64,000 nt of DNA from the human T2T-CHM13v2.0 reference genome, Homo sapiens, in NCBI RefSeq assembly GCF_009914755.1, contig NC_060935.1. One strand, written 5' to 3'. The notes under the pieces were generated by a model that saw only the letters and a list, made by a program, of their open reading frames with translations, ran no database searches and was not told the origin of the DNA. The position numbers were made by a program, and so were the translations under genes. This document shows, one piece after another, positions 54,901 to 64,000 of the stretch (the first letter of the stretch is position 1; each line of letters starts with the position of its first letter).

Positions 54901-57900
54901 CGTTGGAAACGGGTTCTTCTTCACAGAAAAACTAAACAGAAGCATTCTCAGAAACTGCTTTGTGATGTTTTTGTTCCACTTCAGGAATTGAACTTTCCTC
55001 TTGACAGAGCAGCTCTGAAACCCTCTTATTCTAGAATCTGCAAGTGGACATTTGGAGGGCTTTGAGGCCTGTGGTGGAAAAGGAAAATCTTCACATAAAA
55101 ACTAGATGGAAGCATTCTCAGAAACTACTTTGTGATGATTGCATTCGACTCACAGAGTTGAACATTCCTATAGATAGAGCAGGTTGTAAACAATCTTTTT
55201 GTAGAATCTGCGATTGGAGATTTGGACTGCTTTGAGGCCTACTGTAGTAAAGGAAATAACTTCATCTAAAAACCAAACGGAAGCATTCACAGACAATTCT
55301 TAGTGATCATTGGATTGAACTAACAGAGCTGAACATTCCTTTAGATGGAGCAGTTTCCAAACCCACTTTCTGTAGAATCTGCAAGTGGATATTTGGACTT
55401 CTCTGAGGATTTCGTTGGAAACGGGATAAACTTCCCAGAACTACACGGAAGCATTGTGAGAAACTTCTTTGTGATGTTTGCATTCAACTCACAGAGTTGA
55501 ACCTTGCTTTCATAGTTCAGCTTTCAAACACTCTTTTTGTAGAATCTGCAAGTGGATATTTGGACCACTTTGTGGCCTTCCTTTGAAAAGGGTATATCTT
55601 CACATCAAACCTAGACAGAGGCATTCTCAGAATGTTTCCTGTGATGACTGCATTCAACTCACAGAGGTGAACAATCCTGTTGATGGAGCAGTTTTGAAAC
55701 TCTCTTTCTTTGGATTCTGCAAGTGGATATGTGGACCTCTGTGAAGATTTCGTTGGAAACGGGGTCATCTTCACAGAAAAACTAAACAGAAGCATTCTCA
55801 GAAACTGCTTTGTGATGTTTGTGTTCCACTTCAGGAATTGAACTTTCCTCTTGAAAGAGCAGCTCTGAAACCCTCTTTTTCTAGAATCTGCAAGTGGACA
55901 TTTGGAGGGCTTTGAGGCCTGTGGTGGAAAAGGAAAATCTTCACATAAAAACTAGATGGAAGCATTCTCAGAAACTACTTTGTGATGATTGCATTCGACT
56001 CACAGAGTTGAACATTCCTATAGATAGAGCAGGTTGTAAACAATCTTTTTGTAGAATCTGCGATTGGAGATTTGGACTGCTTTGAGGCCTACTGTAGTAA
56101 AGGAAATAACTTCATCTAAAAACCAAACGGAAGCATTCACAGACAATTCTTTAATGATCATTGCATTGAACTAACAGAGCTGAACATTCCTTTAGATGGC
56201 GCAGTTTCCAAACACACTTTCTGTAGAATCTGCAAGTGGATATTTGGACCTCTCTGAGGATTTCGTTGGAAACGGGATAAACTTCCCAGAACTACACGGA
56301 AGCATTGTGAGAAACTTCTTTGTGATGTTTGCATTCAACTCACAGAGCTGAACCTTGCTTTCATAGTTCAGCTTTCAAACACTCTTTTTGTAGAATCTGC
56401 AAGTGGATATTTGGACCACTTTGTGGCCTTCCTTCGAAACGGGTATATCTTCACATCAAACCTAGACAGAAGCATTCTCAGAATGTTTCCTGTGATGACT
56501 GCATTCAACTCACAGAGGTGAACAATCCTGCTGATGGAGCAGTGTTGAAACTCTCTTTCTTTGGATTCTGCAAGTGGATATGTGGACCTCTGTGAAGATT
56601 TCGTTGGAAACGGGTTCGTCTTCACAGAAAAACCAAACAGGAGCATTCTCAGAAACTGCTTTGTGATGTTTGTGTTCCACTTCAAGAATTGAACTTTCCT
56701 CTTGACAGAGCAGCTCTGAAACCCTCTTATTCTAGAATCTGCAAGTGGACATTTGGAGGGCTTTGAGGCCTGTGGTGGAAAAGGAAATCTTCACATAAAA
56801 ACTTTATGGAAGCATTCTTAGAAACTACTTTGTGATGATTGCATTCGACTCACAGAGTTGAACATTCCTATAGATAGAGCAGGTTGTAAACAATCTTTTT
56901 GTAGAATCTGCGATTGGAGATTTGGACTGCTTTGAGGCCTACTGTAGTAAAGGAAATAACTTCATCTAAAAACCAAACGGAAGCATTCACAGACAATTCT
57001 TAGTGATCATTGGATTGAACTAACAGAGCTGAACATTCCTTTAGATGGAGCAGTTTCCAAACTCACTTTCTGTAGAATCTGCAAGTGGATATTTGGACTT
57101 CTCTGAGGATTTCGTTGGAAACGGGATAAACTTCCCAGAACTACAGGGAAGCATTCTGAGAAACTTCTTTGTGATGTTTGCATTCAACTCACAGAGTTGA
57201 ACCTTGCTTTCATAGTTCAGCTTTCAAACACTCTTTTTGTAGAATCTGCAAGTGGATGTTTGGACCACTTTGTGGCCTTCCTTCGAAACGGGTATATCTT
57301 CACATCAAACCTAGACAGAAGCATTCTCAGAATGTTTCCTGTGATGACTGCATTCAACTCACAGAGGTGAACAATCCTGCTGATGGAGCAGTTTTGAAAC
57401 TCTCTTTCTTTGGATTCTACAAGTGGATATGTGGACCTCTGTGAAGATTTCGTTGGAAACGGGTTCTTCTTCACAGAAAAACTAAACAGAAGCATTCTCA
57501 GAAACTGCTTTGTGATGTTTGTGTTCCACTTCAGGAATTGAACTTTCCTCTTGACAGAGCAGCTCTGAAACCCTCTTATTCAAGAATCTGCAAGTGGACA
57601 TTTGGAGGGCTTTGAGGCCTGTGGTGGAAAAGGAAAATCTTCACATAAAAACTAGATGGAAGCATTCTCAGAAACTACTTTGTGATGATGGCTTTCGACT
57701 CACAGAGTTGAACATTCCTATAGATAGAGCAGGTTGTAAACAATCTTTTTGTAGAATCTGCGATTGGAGATTTGGACTGCTTTGAGGCCTACTGTAGTAA
57801 AGGAAATAACTTCATCTAAAAACCAAACGGAAGCATTCACAGACAATACTTAGTGATCATTGGATTGAACTAACAGAGCTGAACATTCCTTTAGATGGAG

Positions 57901-60900
57901 CAGTTTCCAAACACACTTTCTGTAGAATCTGCAAGTGGATATTTGGACTTCTCTGAGGATTTCGTTGGAAAGGGGATAAAATTCCCAGAACTACACGGAA
58001 GCATTCTGAGAAACTTCTTTGTAATGTTTGCATTCAACTCACAGAGTTGAACCTTGCTTTCATAGTTCAGCTTTCAAACACTCTTTTTGTACAATCTGCA
58101 AGTGGATATTTGGACCACTTTGTGGCCGTCCTTCGAAACGGGTATATCTTCATATCAAACCTAGACAGAAGCATTCTCAGAATGTTTCCTGTGATGACTG
58201 CATTCAACTCACAGAGGTGAACAATCCTGCTGATGGAGCAGTTTTGAAACTCTCTTTCTTTGGATTCTGCAAGTGGATATGTGGACCTCTGTGAAGATTT
58301 CGTTGGAAACGGGTTCATCTTCACAGAAAAACTAAACAGGAGCATTCTCAGAAAGTGCTTTGTGATGTTTGTGTTCCACTTCAGGAATTGAACTTTCCTC
58401 TTGACAGAGCAGCTCTGAAACCCTCTTTTTCTAGAATCTGCAAGTGGACATTTGGAGGGCTTTGAGGCCTGTGGTGGAAAAGGAAAATCTTCACATAAAA
58501 ACTAGATGGAAGCATTCTCAGAAACTACTTTGTGATGATTGCATTCGACTCACAGAGTTGAACATTCCTATAGATAGAGCAGGTTGTAAACAATCTTTTT
58601 GTAGAATCTGCGATTGGAGATTTGGACTGCTTTGAGGCCTACTGTAGTAGAGGAAATAACTTCATCTAAAAACCGAACGGAAGCATTCACAGACAATTCT
58701 TAGTGATCATTGCATTGAACTAACAGAGCTGAACATTCCTTTAGATGGAGCAGTTTCCAAACACACTTTCTGTAGAATCTGCAAGTGGATATTTGGACTT
58801 CTCTGAGGATTTCGTTGGAAACGGGATAAACTTCCCAGAACTACACGGAAGCATTGTGAGAAACTTCTTTGTGATGTTTGCATTCAACTCACAGAGTTGA
58901 ACCTTGCTTTCATAGTTCAGCTTTCAAACACTCTTTTTGTAGAATCTGCAAGTGGATATTTGGACCACTTTGTGGCCTTCCTTCCAAACGGGTATATCTT
59001 CACATCAAACCTAGACAGAAGCATTCTCAGAATGTTTCCTGTGATGACTGCATTCAACTCACAGAGGTGAACAATCCTGTTGATGGAGCAGTTTTGAAAC
59101 TCTCTTTCTTTGGATTCTGCAAGTTGATATGTGGACCTCTGTGAAGATTTCGTTGGAAACGGGTTCATCTTCACAGAAAAACTAAACAGAATCATTCTCA
59201 GAAACTGCTTTGTGATGCTTGTGTTCCACTTCAAGAATTGAACTTTCCTCTTGACAGAGCAGCTCTGAAACCCTCTTTTTCTAGAATCTGCAAGTGGACA
59301 TTTGGAGGGCTTTGAGGTCTGTGGTGGAAAAGGAAAATCTTCACATAAAAACTAGATGGAAGCATTCTCAGAAACTACTTTGTAATGATTGCATTCGACT
59401 CACAGAGTTGAACATTCCTATAGATAGAGCAGGTTGTAAACAATCTTTTTGTAGAATCTGCGATTGGAGATTTGGACTGCTTTGAGGCCTACTGTAGTAA
59501 AGGAAATAACTTCATCTAAAAACCAAACGGAAGCATTCACAGACAATTCTTAGTGATCATTGCATTGAACTAACAGAGCTGAACATTCCTTTAGATGGAG
59601 CAGTTTCCAAACACACTTTCTGTAGAATCTGCAAGTGGATATTTGGACTTCTCTGAGGATTTCGTTGGAAACGGGATAAACTTCCCAGAACTACACGGAA
59701 GCATTGTGAGAAACTTCTTTGTGATGTTTGCATTCAACTCACAGAGTTGAACCTTGCTTTCATAGTTCAGCTTTCAAACACTCTTTTTGTAGAATCTGCA
59801 AGTGCATATTTGGACCACTTTGTGGCCTTCCTTCGAAACGGGTATATCTTCACATCAAACCTAGACAGAAGCATTCTCAGAATGTTTCCTGTGAAGACTG
59901 CATTCAACTCACAGAGATGAACAATCCTGTTGATGGAGCACTTTGGAAACTCTCTTTCTTGGGATTCTGCAAGTTGATATGTGGACCTCTGTGAAGATTT
60001 AGTTGGAAACGTGTTCATCTTCACAGAAAAACTAAACAGAAGCATTCTCAAAAACTACTTTGTGATGTTTGTGTTCCACTTCAAGAATTGAACTTTCCTC
60101 TTGACAGAGCAGCTCTGAAACCCTCTTTTTCTAGAATCTGCAAGTGGACATTTGGAGGGCTTTGAGGCCTGTGGTGGAAAAGGAAAATCTTCACATAAAA
60201 ACTAGATGGAAGCATTCTCAGAAACTACTTTGTGATGATTGCATTCGACTCACAGAGTTGAACATTCCTATAGATAGAGCAGGTTGTAAACAATCTTTTT
60301 GTAGAATCTGCGATTGGAGATTTGGACTGCTTTGAGGCCTACTGTAGTAAAGGAAATAACTTCATCTAAAAACCAAACGGAAGCATTCACAGACAATTCT
60401 TAGTGATCATTGGATTGAACTAACACAGCTGAAAATTCCTTTAGATGGAGCTGTTTCCAAACACACTTTCTGTAGAATCTGCAAGTGGATATTTGGACCT
60501 CTCTGAGGATTTCGTTGGAAACGGGATAAACTTCCCAGAACTACACGGAAGCATTCTGAGAAACTTCTTTGTGATGTTTGCATTCAACTCACAGAGTTGA
60601 ACCTTGCTTTCATAGTTCAGCTTTCAAACACTCTTTTTGTAGAATCTGCAAGTGGATATTTGGACCACTTTGTGGCCTTCCTTCGAAACGGGTATATCTT
60701 CACATCAAACCTAGACAGAAGCATTCTCAGAATGTTTCCTGTGATGACTGCATTCAACTCACAGAGGTGAACAATCCTGCTGATGGAGCAGTTTTGAAAC
60801 TCTCTTTCTTTGGATTCTGCAAGTGGATATGTGGACCTCTGTGAAGATTTCGTTGGAAACGGGTTCATCATCACAGAAAAACTAAACAGAAGCATTCTCA

Positions 60901-63900
60901 GAAACTGCTTTGTGATGTTTGTGTTCCACTTCAGGAATTGAACTTTCCTCTTGACAGAGCAGCTCTGAAACCCTCTTATTCTAGAATCTGCAAGTGGACA
61001 TTTGGAGGGCTTTGAGGCCTGTGATGGAAAAGGAAAATCTTCACATAAAAACTAGATGGAAGCATTCTCAGAAACTACTTTGTGATGATTGCATTCGACT
61101 CACAGAGTTGAACATTCCTATAGATAGAGCAGGTTGTAAACAATCTTTTTCTAGAATCTGCGATTGGAGATTTGGACTGCTTTGAGGCCTACTGTAGTAA
61201 AGGAAATAACTTCATCTAAAAACCAAACGGAAGCATTCACAGACAATTCTTAGTGATCATTGGATTGAACTAACACAGCTGAACATTCCTTTAGATGGAG
61301 CAGTTTCCAAACACACTTTCTGTAGAATCTGCAAGTGGATATTTGGACCTCTCTGAGGATTTCGTTGGAAACGGGATAAACTTCCCAAAACTACACGGAA
61401 GCATTCTGAGAAACTTCTTTGTGATGTTTGCATTCAACTCACAGAGTTGAACCTTGCTTTCATAGTTCAGCTTTCAAACACTCTTTTTGTAGAATCTGCA
61501 AGTGGATATTTGGACCACTTTGTGGCCTTCCTTCGAAACGGGTATATCTTCACATCAAACCTAGACAGAAGCATTCTCAGAATGTTTCCTGTGATGACTG
61601 CATTCAACTCACAGAGGTGAACAATCCTGCTGATGGAGCAGTTTTGAAACTCTCTTTCTTTGGATTCTGCAAGTGGATATGTGGACCTCTGTGAAGATTT
61701 CGTTGGAAACGGGTTCATCTTCACAGAAAAACTAAACAGAAGCATTCTCAGAAACTGCTTTGTGATGTTTGTGTTCCACTTCAGGAATTGAACTTTCCTC
61801 TTGACAGAGCAGCTCTGAAACCCTCTTATTCTAGAATCTGCAAGTGGACATTTGGAGGGCTTTGAGGCCTGTGGTGGAAAAGGAAAATCTTCACATAAAT
61901 ACTAGATGGAAGCATTCTCAGAAACTACTTTGTGATGATTGCATTCGACTCACAGAGTTGAACATTCCTATAGATAGAGCAGGTTGTAAACAATCTTTTT
62001 GTAGAAAATGCGATTGGAGATTTGGACTGCTTTGAGGCCTACTGTAGTAAAGGAAATAACTTCATCTAAAAACCAAACGGAAGCATTCACAGACAATTCT
62101 TAGTGATCATTGGATTGAACTAACAGAGCTGAACATTCCTTTAGATGGAGCAGTTGCCAAACCCACTTTCTGTAGAATCTGCAAGTGGATATTTGGACTT
62201 CTCTGAGGATTTCGTGGGAAACGGGATAAACTTCCCAGAACTACACGGAAGCATTGTGAGAAACTTCTTTGTGATGTTTGCATTCAACTCACAGAGTTGA
62301 ACCTTGCTTTCATAGTTCAGCTTTCAAACACTCTTTTTGTAGAATCTGCAAGTGGATATTTGGACCACTTTGTGGCCTTCCTTCGAAACGGGTATATCTC
62401 CACATCAAACCTAGACAGAAGCATTCTCAGAATTTTTCCTATGATGACTGCATTCAACTCACAGAGGTGAACAATCCTGCTGATGGAGCAGTTTTGAAAC
62501 TCTCTTTCTTTGGATTCTGCAAGTGGATATGTGGACCTCTGTGAAGATTTCGTTGGAAACGGGTTCATCTTCACAGAAAAACTAAACAGGAGCATTCTCA
62601 GAAACTGCTTTGTGATGTTTGTGTTCCACTTCAAGAATTGAACTTTCCTCTTGACAGAACAGCTCTGAAACCCTCTTTTTCTAGAATCTGCAAGTGGACA
62701 TTTGGAGGGCTTTGAGGCCTGTGGTGGAAAAGGAAAATCTTCACATAAAAACTAGATGGAAGCATTCTCAGAAACTACTTTGTGATGATTGCATTCGACT
62801 CACAGAGTTGAACATTCCTATAGATAGAGCAGGTTGTAAACAATCTTTTTCTAGAATCTGCGATTGGAGATTTGGACTGCTTTGAGGCCTACTGTAGTAA
62901 AGGAAATAACTTCATCTAAAAACCAAACGGAAGCATTCACAGACAATACTTAGTGATCATTGCATTGAACTAACAGAGCTGAACATTCCTTTAGATGGCG
63001 CAGTTTCCAAACACACTTTCTGTAGAATCTGCAAGTGGATATTTGGACCTCTCGGAGGATTTCGTTGGAAACGGGATAAACTTCCCAGAACTACACGGAA
63101 GCATTGTGAGAAACTTCTTTGTGATGTTTGCATTCAACTCACAGAGTTGAACCTTGCTTTCATAGTTCAGCTTTCAAACACTCTTTTTGTAGAATCTGCA
63201 AGTGGATATTTGGACCACTTTGTGGCCTTCCTTCGAAACGGGTATATCTTCACATCAAACCTAGACAGAAGCATTCTCAGAATGTTTCCTGTGATGACTG
63301 CATTCAACTCACAGAGGTGAACAATCCTGCTGATGGAGCAGTTTTGAAACTCTCTTTCTTTGGATTCTGCAAGTGGATATGTGGACCTCTGTGAAGATTT
63401 CGTTGGAAACGGGTTCATCTTCACAGAAAAACAAAACAGGAGCATTCTCAGAAACTGCTTTGTGATGTTTGTGTTCCACTTAAAGAATTGAACTTTCCTC
63501 TTGACAGAGCAGCTCTGAAACCCTCTTTTTCTAGAATCTGCAAGTGGACATTTGGAGGGCTTTGAGGCCTGTGGTGGAAAAGGAAAATCTTCACATAAAA
63601 ACTTTATGGAAGCATTCTCAAAAACTTCTTTGTGATGATTGCATTCGACTCACAGAGTTGAACATTCCTATAGATAGAGCAGGTTGTAAACAATCTTTTT
63701 GTAGAATCTGCGATTGGAGATTTGGACTGCTTTGAGGCCTACTGTAGTAAAGGAAATAACTTCATCTAAAAACCAAACGGAAGCATTCACAGACAATTCT
63801 TAGTGATCATTGCATTGAACTAACAGAGCTGAACATTCCTTTAGATGGCGCAGTTTCCAAACACACTTTCTGTAGAATCTGCAAGTGGATATTTGGACCT

Positions 63901-64000
63901 CTCTGAGGATTTCGTTAGAAACGGGATAAACTTCCCAGAACTACACGGAAGCATGCTGAGAAACTTCTTTGTGATGTTTGCATTCAACTCACAGAGTTGA

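Larger units (their letters stand above)
1..64000 (+). repeat. D11Z1: Centromeric alpha-satellite higher-order repeat array: 75 complete 850/851-bp pentameric HORs, head-to-tail, one orientation; most likely human chromosome 11 D11Z1 (SF3)
   Basis: Seen: ~170-bp monomers carrying the alphoid motifs CATTCTCAGAAAC, CATTCAACTCACAGAG, GAATCTGCAAGTGGATATTTGG and TTCGTTGGAAACGGG. The period is 850 bp, confirmed by ORF-track starts at 1075, 1925, 2775 and onward to 63128, with one XbaI site per unit. Established knowledge: D11Z1 is an 850-bp XbaI pentamer of SF3. Alpha-satellite identity is essentially certain; the chromosome assignment is slightly less so. Confidence 0.95.

Noticed and set aside
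224-63735. Recurrent 63-105 aa ORFs on both strands (MHSTHRVEPC..., MDIWRALRP..., MLLFSFSVK...)
   Set aside because: They are short, often start at TTG or GTG, recur only because the DNA repeats, and resemble each other through monomer homology. They are freely broken by stops and frameshifts (for example GAGTAG in HOR26, 27, 55, 57 and 61) and show no recognisable domain or gene structure.
62210-63926. CENP-B box variants TTCGTGGGAA (HOR74) and TTCGTTAGAA (partial HOR76)
   Set aside because: The changes fall outside the nine core positions, so they were not counted as box losses.
1-64000. CRISPR-like or other repeat-spacer array
   Set aside because: There are no unique spacers; every base belongs to an alphoid monomer and no cas-like ORFs are present.
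1-64000. Embedded L1, Alu or LTR insertion, inversion, or HORs with altered monomer number
   Set aside because: The 850/851-bp spacing is unbroken from 30 to 63784. I saw no poly(A), target-site duplication, foreign sequence or strand switch.
1-64000. Computationally modelled centromere sequence (GRCh38-style Markov model)
   Set aside because: Ordered rare variants preserved over 8.5 kb and nested block structure would not be produced by a low-order monomer model. A read-based assembly is more likely, though this cannot be proved from the window.
1-64000. Assignment to other SF3 arrays (D1Z7, D17Z1, DXZ1)
   Set aside because: Those arrays have 11-, 16- and 12-monomer HORs, whereas the near-identical period here is strictly 5 monomers.

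Overview
The whole 64 kb window is one uninterrupted, single-orientation array of primate alpha-satellite DNA. It contains 75 complete copies of a 5-monomer, 850-bp higher-order repeat (HOR1 starts at 30, HOR75 ends at 63783) plus partial copies at both ends. The 850-bp pentamer, the one XbaI site per unit and the B-B-B-A-A monomer pattern match the suprachromosomal family 3 (W1-W5) active array of human chromosome 11 (D11Z1 / S3C11H1L). That assignment comes from recognition, not from a database search. I see no genes, transposon insertions, inversions or HORs with a different monomer count, and the ORF track is a by-product of the repeat. The structure worth attention is in the variants and the fine sequence: (i) an 11-bp perfect inverted repeat that brackets the monomer-3 CENP-B box; (ii) a near-perfect 8.5-kb (10-HOR) tandem duplication whose breakpoint maps to about 41 bp; (iii) nested 3-8-HOR block duplications with reciprocal single-HOR losses; (iv) strongly asymmetric loss of the two CENP-B boxes; (v) a haplotype boundary near 44-45 kb, with a more diverged layer beyond about 53.6 kb. 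All counts were made by eye and should be confirmed by alignment. I found no evidence for a novel protein-coding system.
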